Shown piece by piece: positions 50,011 through 61,945 of a DNA stretch of 64,000 nt. Each line of letters opens with the position of its first letter. Position 1 is the stretch's first letter. Origin of the DNA: Macrostomum lignano (Eukaryota); contig NIVC01000818.1 in NCBI GenBank assembly GCA_002269645.1, positions 1 to 64,000 on the forward strand, given 5' to 3'. The translations under genes were made by a program, and so were the position numbers. The notes under the pieces were generated by a model. That model had not been told where the DNA came from. It did no database searches and saw only the letters and a list, made by a program, of their open reading frames with translations.

Positions 50011-51115
50011 CAATTTTGCTTGAATTGCAAGTGAGCCGAATGTCTATCCGCCACCCCTTTCTAATAGGAAGACGGTGAACTGAGGGAAGTTCTAATCGTT
50101 TCTCGAATGTAGTTAAAAATCTAGAAAACATATATGTACGCATATGAAATATACTTTTGTGGCCGCTAACCCAGTCGATGCAGCAAATTAAGCAGAGCTC
50201 GCGCTGGTTAGTACGCAGCTGAATCGGCTGCGCAGAGAGATTTCTGAGAGAATGATGTGCTTACAATACAAAGACTGCGACACAGCTGCAGACGAAAGAA
50301 AATTACGGCATTGCGAAACTAAAAACTACCGTTTGGCTCCTATTGTTACTTCTTTTTTCATAAATCCCCAATACATGCAATCCCCACAAAGGGAATAAGC
50401 TGTGGCGAGATTCTGTTTGTAGAAAAATTTAATGGACTTCTGGATACCTGATGGACCATATTCTATAGTTAGCCACTAGCTAGCAATAACATCACCTGAG
50501 CGAGTCTCCTTTATGAGATGTGCGGCACCTGAGCAAAGCCATGCCTCTGAGCTGAGCAGTTTAAGCAGAGTTTTGAGTCGCTAATGAGAGACATTTCCAA
50601 GAATTCTGAGACACGCAAAGTTAGGAGCCAGCAGCACATTCATCTTCCATCAGAACTAACAAAGACTATAACTGCATTTCGTGCAACGCATTGCATACTG
50701 TCTTCTGCTGGCTCAGTAACATTCTCAACGAGATGGTACTTGCAGGCTAATTATTCCACAGCGGGTCAGCTAGGGGTAAGAGACGGGACTGATTTAGACA
50801 AAGAATTTTATACAATGGACAGCTATGCAAAAGAGATGCAGCTGGGGCCATTGTCGACTCAGTCACGGTAGGAAAGACAGTCGAGCTACTGCTGCTTGGC
50901 TGGTGTGGAGTTTGAAGCGTTGCTGCCCTGCTGTGCATCTCCAAGTTTATTAGAGTCTCTCCGGGTTGAGCAGCCAATTGTGTCAGCAGCAAGTAAATTA
51001 AGCATCCTCTGTTTTGTGACAACCCTCGCCTAGCAACAGAACTGAGTAGAAAACCCCCATCGCAACTCCGCAACGGCTTCGTCAGATCTGCTCTTAAGTG
51101 CATTTGAGCTGTGAA

Positions 51116-51983
51116 ATGCATGCGGCTGCTTTCTCGCTGCTGCTGTTGCTCGTCAGCGGTGGCGGCTGCACCGTCGCAGTTCCTCCACAGCCGCTGGGGT
51201 TCAGCCACGTTGGCTGCTATGCGAATGGCGGCGGCGGCAACAAAGACTTGGCCGGACTTCTCGGACTCGTCTCGCTTGGAATGTTTGCCAACCATGAGAA
51301 CGTCCCTGCATTCGTGCGCACTGACAGCTCGATGACCCTGGAGCTGTGCAGCCAGATCTGCTCCTACGGCCGGTTTCGCTACTTCTGCGTTCAGGGCAGG
51401 CACTTCTGTGGCTGCGACAACACGTTTGGCTCCCACGGTGCCGCTGCTCCGTCGGACTGCAGCGTGTCCTGCGGAGGAAATGCGAGTCAGATTTGCGGTG
51501 GCTGGGGCTACAGCTCCATCTACGAAATCTCCTATGCTCCCGGTACGACGGTTGCTTTGAATAAGAAGAAACTATTTGCTAATAGTTATTTAACTTTAAC
51601 GGATTGAATACAAGTACTATCTAACTTGCTATTGTGTTCGATGAAGATGTAACTTCTCATGCATTCAGATTAAAAGCTTAGCATTGGTCACCAGAATGCA
51701 TGACAGCAGAAAGTCACTCAGCAACTTCTTTCACTCAACTTCACCCGCAGTCGGGTCCGTGTTGGAGCGAGTGGCCGCGTCTGCCATGCCGACCATCTCA
51801 GCCTCCGCCAGCTCCGTCATCTACTGGAGCCAGGAGGCCACGGTGGCCTTCGAGTGCCTCGCCGCCTGCCACCGCAGCCCGGACTGCCTCGCCTGCGCCT
51901 TCGTGCAGTCCAGCCGGATGTGCCGCCTCATGAAATTCGCCGCAGTGCCCAGCGAGGTCGCCAGCGAGGCCCAGTGGGTCTGA
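51116..51983 (+). CDS. Secreted WSC + PAN/Apple protein, copy 4 (exons 51116-51542, 51751-51983; 219 aa; TGG>TGA four codons before the family stop)
   Basis: Signal peptide MHAAAFSLLLLLVSGGGC, WSC domain, 208-nt phase-1 intron GTACGA..CCGCAG. TGA at 51981 is followed by the ancestral GTG AAG CCG TGA (51993-51995). Confidence 0.88.
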
Positions 51984-52637
51984 GTGAAGCCGTGAGCCTG
52001 TCGGCTGATAATCTGCCGTGGAGAAACAAACAGCTCTGAACCCAAAGCTCATTTTGTCTGCTTAAGGAAATGTTTGAACAATTGGTTGAAGCAGCAGGTG
52101 GCCACAAAATATTGGCAGATTGAATTTGCAGTGCTGCCACAATACCAAGATCACAACACAACAGACGATAAGTGAATTATGGCATCGCAAAACTCGAAGC
52201 AAAACTCGGCTGCCTACTGTTAATTATTTCTTCATATATCCGTTACAGACATGGAGTTACACTAGGCAGTTAGCTGTACATATTGATCCAACTGATCTCA
52301 AATCCAAGTATCCAACAGGAAATGCACCGATCAGGGAAATGAGAGTTTTATTAGCAGAATCAGCGACTTGATCATGCAGCCTCTGGACTCAAAGCCCAAC
52401 GTTATAGAAAACGCTGCTTGTTTCACAAATTCCGTTAATTTTTTGGGGACAGTTTACTGTAAATGCTTCTTTATGAAACCCTTGTCTAAGTTAATGAGTT
52501 ATCAACCTGACATTGGCGCATTAAATCTTAAGAAATCGACTACACTACTATTTAGTAGCGAGATATGAATAGCAAATACACTGTTGAAAATGCATCGAAA
52601 ATTTAAAGCCAACTGTGCTTCTGCTCCTGCCTCCTGG

Positions 52638-52905
52638 CTCGGCTTCTGTTGCTATGGCTTCGGCTTCTGTTGCTATGGCTTCGACTTCTGTTGCTATGGT
52701 TTCGGCTTCTGTTGCTATGGCTTCGACTTCTGTTGCTATGGCTTCGGCTTCTGTTGCTATGGCTTCGGCTTCTGTTGCTATGGCTTCGGCTTCTGTTGCT
52801 ATGGCTTCGGCTTCTGTTGCTATGGCTTCGGCTTCTGTTGCTATGGCTTCGGCTTCTGTTGCTATGGCTTCGGCTTCTGTTGCTATGGCTTCGGCTTCTG
52901 TTGCT
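52638..52905. repeat. 21-nt minisatellite GGCTTCTGTTGCTATGGCTTC
   Basis: About 13 copies. A single copy sits at the paralogous site 59361-59381. Confidence 0.95.
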
Positions 52906-54696
52906 AGTTGCTAGTCTCTCGCCTCTTCTAGTCAGTAGCTATTCATCCCTGGGATTCCAGATTTTAACCAAATTGAGCTGCCCTCAGCTTCCATTGTGCT
53001 TGGGGGCTTCGGTGCAGGCATGTTCGAATGGTCTTATCATCAGGTTTATTATGCCGCACAGTAAAGTCGTTTGACGTGACCTGAAACGGGTTATTTTGGC
53101 ATTTTTGGCTGTTCTCCATGTCCACAATGCAATGCAAGCAGCACCCACAATGTAATGCAAGCAGCACCCACAATGCAATGCAAGCAGCACCTACAATGCA
53201 AGCCCGCCATCAAACCTGAGCGAGTCGCTTTTAAAAAACAAGCATCATCCATGGACTACTGAAACTAGTTTCGAGGTGATGCTACTAAAACTTGTTTTAG
53301 TAGTCCCTGGCATCACCTGAGCGAGGCAATGCCAAGGAGAGCTCTGAGCTGAACAGCTTAAACAGAGTTTTGAGCTCTGCCCTCCCTGCCCGGTCCATCT
53401 TGCTCTGACCTTGGTCCATCTGCTGGCTCCTCTGGCTGTCTCCCTGCCCTTGTGTCTCGGCTCTCATCCTGACAGTGGACTGGAGATGGGAGAGTTGCAT
53501 TACTTGTCACGCATTGCTGTCTTCTGCTTGCTCTTGTTGAAAATTTTCAACAAGCTGGTGCTTGCATGCTAATCCTCCCACAGCGATTCAGCGAGAGGTA
53601 AGAGACGAGACTGATGCAGACAAAGAATTCTATACAATAGATAGCTATGCGAAAGAGATGCCGCTGGTGCCTGAGTCGACTCAGTCACGGTGGGAAAGAC
53701 AGTCGGCCTGGAGGGGTAGGCTGGATCGATGGATCTTCAGCAGCAGTTCTGCAGCAGTCTGGTGTTACGAATCAGTGCCAGCGCTGTCAATGCTTCCGCT
53801 GCTGTGGAGTTTGAGGCTGACGTGTTGTGCATGCATCTATCAGTGTCTCCGGGTTGAGCAGCTTTGCTTAGCTGTCTCAGCTTTGCTGCAATGCTTTAAT
53901 CCTCACCTGGCAGCAGAGTGGAACAAAACTCGGTACTCTTACCACTGCTTCTTGACTCGGCTTCCGTTGCCTCGGTCATTCGGCTCGTTACCGATTGACT
54001 CCCGATTCGGGCACCTGGGGTTTGGAAATTGCATCCTTCCATTTGCAACGATAAGATAGTTTAGTGACTTGGTGCTATTCCACTTTCCATTGCTACTGCT
54101 TTGTTTTTGTTTGCATTTTCAGTTTTCTTTCCTTGAATTCGCGCCTGTCGGCATCCTACGTCAGATAGACTGACTATTTATGCTGTGCAATGGGGCGTGT
54201 TTCACGTGACCATCGGGTTGAATTGGCTGTGTTCAGGTAAGTGGATTTCCACGCTAGCACAAGTTTCTTGTGAAAGGCGCGAATTCGAATATACTCCGGC
54301 TTTCGCTTGCCGCTTTCCATGTCAATCAAGCGATACAATGCGAGCTTCCTTTCTGCCTCTCTGCCGCTTGGTCAAGATGGACAAGGGAAGCGAGGTTGGT
54401 TGTCTTGCTGGTTACCATGGCAACTTGTCTGAACTGCTTACCAGCCTGCGCAGGAGAGTTACAGAGTCACCAAGCCCCGCAAGTCGCAAGCAACCAATGA
54501 AATTTCATCAACTCATGCCATTGTTTCTTGTGAAAAAGTCCGCATATAATACACATCCGCCTGAAAGGCATTTTGGCCTGTCCGTAATCTTGTCAAAGGG
54601 TGTCCAGCAGTGAATCCTCATCCTGTAGTCAGAGTCCAGCAGCGTCAAGCAGCCTTCAGTCTCCATCCAGATTGCTGTTACCGCCAGTGCGCCAGC

Positions 54697-55447
54697 ATGC
54701 AGCGCTCCGTGCACCTGACTGCCCTCCTATCCGTGCCTCTGGCTCTGCTGTTCCTGGTGGCGATGAGTCAGCCAAGTGTGCTGCATCACGGATACATCGG
54801 CTGCTTTGTTGACAGCAACAGCAATAGAGATTTGAAAGGCCTGACTGGGTTGAAGACAATTGGGCCTTTCACCGATAAGATAAACTTGGCCTACTTTTAC
54901 AATAAATACACCGTCACCATCGAGAGCTGCAGCAGCCTCTGCGCCCTGGGCAGATTTCGCTACTTCGGTCTGCAGGCGGGAGGCTTCTGCTTCTGCGGCA
55001 ACAGCTACGGACTGCATGGAGCCGCTTCATCAGATTCTGAGTGTAACAAAAACTGCTATGGAAATAGCAGCCAGATTTGCGGCGGCTTCGGTAGAAACTC
55101 GGTGAGAACTTCTATGCGCCCGGTAAGAAAAGTTTGCTGTTCCTTTAGCTAAAAATTCCTGCATCTACATTTTTCTGCATTTGTGCTGCTGCTCGGAGAC
55201 CGGCCTCTTCAAGCGCGTGGCCTCAACCAAGTCGATGCTCACCACCGCGCCCGGACAGCCAGAGAACAGCACCTACTGGAGCCAGGAGGCCACGGTGGCC
55301 TTCGAGTGCCTCGCCGCCTGCCGCCACAGCCCGGACTGCCTCGCCTGCGCCTTCATGCAGTCCAGCCGGATGTGCCGCCTCCTGAGATTCGCCGCTGTGC
55401 CCGGCGAGATCGCCAGCGAGGCCCAGTGGGTCTGGGTGAAGCCGTGA
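54697..55447 (+). CDS. WSC + PAN/Apple copy 5: frameshifted but potentially rescued (exons 54697-55122, 55199-55447; 224 aa), otherwise a pseudogene
   Basis: Net 4-nt deletion at about 55101 (CATTTA>GG) relative to copies 2 and 6. The family acceptor CTCAG has become CTCGG, leaving the next AG (55197-55198) 2 nt downstream. The net loss of 6 nt keeps the frame. Confidence 0.7.
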
Positions 55448-56573
55448 GCCTATATGTGGACTGATAGTCTACCGTGGATAAACAAACATTGAACAGTTAC
55501 CAGCGCAGAACACGAACCTACTAAAGCTTGTTTGTTTAAATGAACGAGAATTTGAAAAAAATGATAATTGAAGCAGCAGGAAGACCGGAACATTTGCGGT
55601 CACACTTTGAAATCATAACGCAAAACAACAAAATAATATAATAAACTCGATTATTTAGCTTTTATCGCATTGCAAAAATGTCTAATATTTTTTTTCTTCA
55701 TCCACTAAAGTCTAAGTAGATATTAATCATTGATAACTTATCCTTGACCTTGATCAACCAAGTTGGTGCTGAAAATTCTGAAAAGTTCTGAGCGGTAGAA
55801 AAACACAGTGCGGGTTTTGCCAGCACAGATCTCGGATGCGCCATGGAATCGCGGAGTCTGCGAACTGACATCATCTGTTGATTGACAACCATGTGTTTTA
55901 TCGACCTTGGCTCCCCATCAATTTTCCAACCAGCATTCATTGCCATTGCCAAGGTGAGCAGGTGCTCATCATGTGATTGTATCCCTGGGTGAACCCCTCG
56001 TTATCTAAGCAGGCATCAGCCAGTTGTTGAACTCGAAATCGCGTCTGTCAGCGGAGATGCATGACCTTAAGAAGAGTTATCAAGAGTACTAAAGCAGAAA
56101 AAGCAGCATAAGGCATAGGGAAAGTCTGACAGTCTTGTAACTTTCTGTGGCCTCTGGCACAACGCTAAGTCAGTCTTAGGAGTCTTGGTGGTAGCAGTGG
56201 TCCTAAGGACATGAAATCAAGAAATAGAAACCATTTTTCATAATGGGCACCACTCCAGTGGATCCACTTTGTTCTTTTTCTAGTGCAATGAATATATTTT
56301 ACAAACTGATTGTCTACTTTCAGTAGCAAAATAAGCGGCAGATGGGTAGAAAATTTTACTATTGCAATTTTTGTACTTGCTTTATACTTATTTCACATAA
56401 GCAGAAGTCTCTTGCCCCAAATGCCAAAGTGTATAGAGGAACAGATTCTGCTGTAGTTGCACACAGCTTCTGTACAGAATGCAAACTGGCAACTTGACTC
56501 TTGTTTGAGTAAGCCGTTCACCCATTGGTATTTATATTGTGAGAGTATTCTGCTTTTGTAATCTTTGTATTAA

Positions 56574-56810
56574 TTAGAGGCAAGGGGTTGTGTGCACCCT
56601 GGCGCACTTTAAGCGACATAGGCACACAACCGGCGAGAGGCATTACTGCCCATTCCGCCAACTCCCCTGAGTAGGCACACAAGCGCGTGAATACGTACGC
56701 AGTCATACACACAGGCACTCACGCAGGAGTGTACAGCAGCCCTAACTTTATTAATAGTTAGGCATGTACACTTCACCTGTGCCTTGGGGGTTGACCGTCA
56801 CGGGCGTTAA
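56574..56810 (-). mobile_element. Helitron-like family B copy (3' part)
   Basis: ATTAGAGGCAAGGGGTTGTGTGCACCCTGGCGCACTTTAAGCGAC matches 29269 onward. Confidence 0.7.
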
Positions 56811-56839
56811 TTTCTTGATTAATTTTTTATTTGTCAATA

Positions 56840-58980
56840 ACCATGGAAAGTGCACGCGCACCAACAGCCAGACAGCTCAGAAATCAAGGCGCTCACACGG
56901 CTTTAGTGTGAGCTCAACGGGAATCAGACTGCTGCCTCCCTACTTCAAGGTGAGCTCACAGCTTTTCCTGCTGTTGTGTACGAGGCCTTTTTATCTTGCG
57001 CAGGTGTAGAGAGCGGTCAGTCGGCCAGAAAGCGCAGCCGGGCCTACCTGATCCGAGAATTTGTCAGGCCCAACGCCAACCAGTCAACCAAGAGCCTGAC
57101 CGCCTGGATGGAGAACGGAAACTTGGTGATCAAAAAGCAGCCGCCAAGCCTAAGCAAAATTTACACTCACCAATGGATCTCTGGCAATGCTCAAATCCTA
57201 CAACGCCTGAACTGACGACGGCTCGCTCATCTACTTGAGTGACGACGGATCTGTGAGCACCAGCAAGCTGAGAGGCTACCTGCTGTACTCCCAGAAGATT
57301 GGAGAACTCTTGGACGCCAACTACAGCCCAAACTGTGTGTGCGAGTTTGATGAAGACTACAGGAAGCTGATGGCCGAGTCGGACTGCAAACCCCCGCAGC
57401 TGTACCACCGCCACCTGAACGCTCCACGCAATCTGAAGGTCACTTTGAACCGACTCGGTATTTCGCAGCCGCAGGCGCCCATCTGCCTGAGCTTCAACTC
57501 ACCAGCCGGCTCTCAACGGTCCAGCTGCCGGTGCCGGCACGTCTGCAAGCTGCCTGGCTGAGGCAAGCCGCATCCCGCCCACTGCATCATCAGAGCACGA
57601 TGCGGCGGAGGGGTCAAAGAACTAGATTTACTTTATAGCCACCATGCTTTTATCTCCCAACCGCTCTCATCCCATTGTTTGCATCCCCGATCGCCCCTGC
57701 TTGTCATTCCCCCCCCCGCCCCCGCCGCACATGCTGTCTTCCGACATGAACTTGGCTTCTTGGAATCTTCTGCTTCACAACGACCCAGACGAGAGATTCC
57801 TCCGAAGAGGCCTTCATATTGGCTTCCGCCTCATCAACAAGCCTCCGCCTGTCTTCGCGCATTCTGCCAACTACCGTTCCGCTACTGACCATGCCGAGCA
57901 GGTGGACAAGCAACTCTCCGAAGAGCTCCGCCTTGGCCGCTTAAAACCCGCTAGCAGACGCGTCATGGTGAATGCTATCGGTGCGATTCCCAAGTCTGAC
58001 GGCAGCGTTCGGATCATTCACGATCTGTCCAGTCCTTCCGGCTCTTCGGTGAACGACAGCTATGAGCAGGAGCGGAGTCTGAGGTTCTCCTTCGTGTAGG
58101 ATCTGCTGCGTCACATCCGGCCAGACTCGTTTATGGGCAAGGTCGATCTGAAGCAGGCCTACCGCTCTGTCGGCATTCAACCCGGACGATCAGGCGCTGA
58201 CGGGTCTCAGCTGGCGTTTCGCGGCTGGCACCGAATCCTCGGTGTTCATCGACACCCGGCTGCCATTCGGTGCCCGGGCCTCTGGCGAGATCTTTCACCG
58301 CCATTCATCGCCACATGCATAGGCAAGGCTACTAAGCTTTTGTCAACCTGGACGACTGGGTGGTTGCCGGCGACTCGCAGGAAGAAGCTGAATGCACTTA
58401 CGACTACCTGGTGCACCTCCTGCAAGACCTGGGCTTCACCATCAACTGGAGCGAGTCCACGGCCTCAGCACAGTGGATGGTCTTCCTTGGCGTCCAAATC
58501 GACACAATTGACGACGCGCTGTCGCTGCCCATGGACAAGGCCGCCAGCACCAGAGATTTGCTGAAGGACATCGCAACTCTCCCGCAACATCGTCAAGCTC
58601 AAGCAGCTGGAGAGGCTGGCCGGGAAGCTGTGCTGGTTGGGCCAGATCAACAAGCTGCTGCGTCCTTTTTGACCTCATTAGCGACAGTCGAGATCTCCGG
58701 CTGCCTCAAGAAGGTCACAGTCTGCTGCAATGGTGGCTTCAGACAGTGGACTCTGCCACCTACACAGCTTCACCCGCGCTTCCATCAGTTGGTGGCCATC
58801 GAGTCCGACAGCACCTCTGAAGGCCTTCCTGGGCGGTCTCTCTGTGGCCGACATCTGCTGCATTGGTGACTGGCGCTGCGGCTCCGTCGTCTCCTATTTC
58901 TCGGACGATGCAGACTTTGCCCGCAGACGCTCTGCTGTCACCTCATTGAAGCCTGCACTAGTCAAATCCTTAGTCAAGCC
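56840..58980 (+). mobile_element. Decayed Ngaro/DIRS (tyrosine-recombinase class) retrotransposon: gag plus RT; no recombinase seen
   Basis: Gag-like YLLYSQKIGELL..EFDEDYRK and zinc knuckle CLSFN..CRCRHVCKLPG*GKPHPAHC. RT motifs GLHIGFRL, AIGAIPKSDGSVRIIHDLSSP, KVDLKQAYRSV, DTRLPFG, NLDDW (YLDD site) and FLGVQIDT. There is a stop at 58097-58099 and several frameshifts. Confidence 0.85.
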
Positions 58981-59577
58981 ATGACTCAAAGCTCAGCGTT
59001 ATAGAATACGTTCTTGATTTCATGATTTCCGTTTATGTTTTGGGGACAATTTACTGTAAATGCTTCGTTATGAAACACCTGTCAAAAATAATCAGCCGTT
59101 AATCTGACATTGACGCATTAAATCTCAAGCAATCGACTACTATTGAGTAGCGAGATAGGAATGACAACTACACCGTTAAAAATGCGTTGAAAATTTAAAA
59201 GCCAGCATTCTGGACCGGGTCCAATGTTTCTTTCTCGAGTTCTCGAGTTTTGAACACGTGCATTGCTGGTTGGCATTATACCAGCATAAGACCAGAAAAT
59301 GATACCGCATGTATTCAGCGTAGACTTTCTCGTTGCTCTCTAAGCGCTACTCCTCTTTCTGGCTCGGCTTCTGTTGCTATGCGGTCTTGTGCCTTTTGAA
59401 GTGAGAAGCTCTTCATCCCTGAAATTCCAGATTTCAATCGACTTGGGCTGCCCTGAGCTGCCATTGTGCTTGGGGGCTCGGGTCCAGGCTTGTTCATTGT
59501 GGTCTTATTATCATGTTTGTCACGTCGCACAGTGAAGTCGTTTGACGTGACTTAAGACCGGTTTGTTCTCTATGCCA

Positions 59578-60010
59578 ACAATGCAATGCAAGCAGCACCT
59601 GCAAGTCAATGCAAGCAGCACCCACAATGCAATGCAAGCAGCACTCACAATGCAATGCAAGCAGCACCTGCAAGTCAATGCAAGCAGCACCTGCAATGCA
59701 ATGCAAGCAGCACCTGCAATGCAATGCAAGCAGCACCCACAATGCAATGCAAGCAGCACCCACAATGCAATGCAAGCAGCACCTGCAAGTCAATGCAAGC
59801 AGCACCCACAATGCAATGCAAGCAGCACCTGCAAGTCAATGCAAGCAGCACCCACAATGCAATGCAAGCAGCACCCACAATGCAATGCAAGCAGCACCCA
59901 CAATGCAATGCAAGCAGCACCTGCAAGTCAATGCAAGCAGCACCTGCAATGCAATGCAAGCAGCACCTGCAAGTCAATGCAAGCAGCACCTGCAATGCAA
60001 TGCACACAGC
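59578..60010. repeat. About 23-nt mosaic minisatellite CAATGCAATGCAAGCAGCACC
   Basis: Roughly 19 copies here versus about 3 at the paralogous site 53125-53200. Confidence 0.95.
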
Positions 60011-60916
60011 TACAATGCAGCTCTGTGAAAAGCCCGCCATCATCACCTGAGCGAGTCTCCTTTATGAGACGCGTGGCACCTGCTCTCCAGGCAATGCCAG
60101 GAGAGCTCTGAGCTGAACAGTTTGAGCTTTGAGTCGCTGATGAGAGGCAATTTCAAGAATTCTGAGACACGCAGAGTTAGGAGCCTGTGGCAGCTTCATC
60201 TTCCATGAGAGCTATGTTCCCAAAGATGGGAAAGCCGCATGACTTGCATCTTCTGCTTGCTCATTAAAATTCTCAACAAGCTGTGCTTGCAGGCTAAGCA
60301 TCCTACAACGATTCAGCTGGGGGGGGATTAGAGACGGAACGGATGCATCGATCGATATTCGCTTTCAGTTCAACAGCAGTCTTGTGCCACGCACCAGTGC
60401 CAGCGCTTTCAATGCTTCTGCTGCTTGGCTGATGTGGAGTTTGAAGCGTTGCTTTTCTGCTGTGCATGGCAGGCTTTCCCGCCTGAGCAGCTCTGCTTAT
60501 CTGTCTCAGCTTTGTCTTAATCCTTGGCAGCAGAATGGAACAAAACTTCTTGCTCTTGCCCCGCTGTACTCCTTGACTCGGCTTTTGTGGCCTCGGTCGT
60601 TTCCGCTTGACTCCCGATTCGTACCCTGGGGTTTGGAAATTGCATCGTTATTTTGCAACGATAATACATCAAAGACCACCAGGAACACTTTGTAGTCTAG
60701 AAGTATTTGCAACATATTTTTAGTTTGGGAAGCAGGAGTACATTTAGCTAGTTTTAGTGGCTCTGTGCTATCTAACTTTCTCGGCGCTACTGCTTTGTTT
60801 TTTGCTACATTTTCACTTGTTTTCTTTTACCCGATATCGTGTCTGTCGGCATTCTGACTACATGTATGTATACTATGTACTGTGCATGTTTCATGTGACC
60901 ATCAGGTTGAATTGGA

Positions 60917-61332
60917 TGTTTCAGATAGGTTCAGGTAGGTTCAGATAGGTTCAGGTAGGTTCAGTTAGGTTCAGGTAGGTTAAGTTAGGTTCAGGTAGGT
61001 TCAGATAGGTTCACGTAGGTTCAGATAGGTTCACGTAGGTTAAGTTAGGTTCAGGTAGGTTCAGATAGGTTCAGGTAGGTTAAGTTAGGTTCAGGTAGGT
61101 TCAGATAGGTTCACGTAGGTTCAGGTAGGTAGGTTCAGGTAGGTTCAAGTAGGTTCAGGTAGGTTCAGGTAGGTAGGTTCAGGTAGGTAGGTTCAGGTAG
61201 GTAGGTTCAGGTAGGTAGGTTCAGGTAGGTAGGTTCAGGTAGGTTCAAGTAGGTTCAGGTAGGTTCAGATAGGTTCAGATAGGTTCAGATAGGTTCAGAT
61301 AGGTTCAGTTAGGTTCAGATAGGTTCAGTTAG
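60917..61332. repeat. 10-nt repeat AGGTTCAGGT / AGGTTCAGAT
   Basis: About 40 copies. A single GTTCAGGTA sits at the paralogous site 54231. Confidence 0.95.
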
Positions 61333-61945
61333 GTAGTTTTGCCGTCGAGATTTACGAGCGTTGCAATTTAGCATGCTATAGCATCTAAAGCATTGCCTGG
61401 GCCGGCTCTGAGCCACGGTGAGTAACGGACTATCGCTCGAGAAATCACAAGACAAATCGCAAAGCTGTGCAAGGCAAAGGAAGATTGTTACAGCTACATG
61501 TACTAGCTAATAACAAACAGATAGTCCAGCAATTTTTATCAATGGATATTAAGGACTTTCTGTGACGATTCAGAAACCGAAGATACCGACAGCGGCTTTC
61601 GCTTGTAGCTTGCAGTGTCAATCAAGCGAGACAATGCGAGCTTCCTTTTATAATTGTTGTCTCTCTGCCGCTCCGTCAAGATGGACAACGGCAAGTTGAG
61701 CTGGTTTTGGTTTGCTGGTGACGAAGCCAGCCTGCCTCAGAAGAATTATTTTCACCAAGTCCCGCAAGTCGCTGCAACCAATGAAATTTCATCTGCGTCG
61801 CATTCATGCACGCCATTGTTTCTTGTGGCAAATCGTGCATATACATGTAGGCCACATTTGCTTCAGAGGTATCCCAGCTTGACTGTAATCTTGTCAAAGG
61901 GTGTCCTGCAGCCTTCAGTCTGGCTGTAACCGCCGGTGCGCCAGC

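Noticed and set aside
52584-53074. Cys-rich (GFGFCCY)n keratin-associated or metallothionein-like ORF
   Set aside because: The paralogous site at 59361 has a single non-coding copy of the unit, so this is a recent non-coding expansion.
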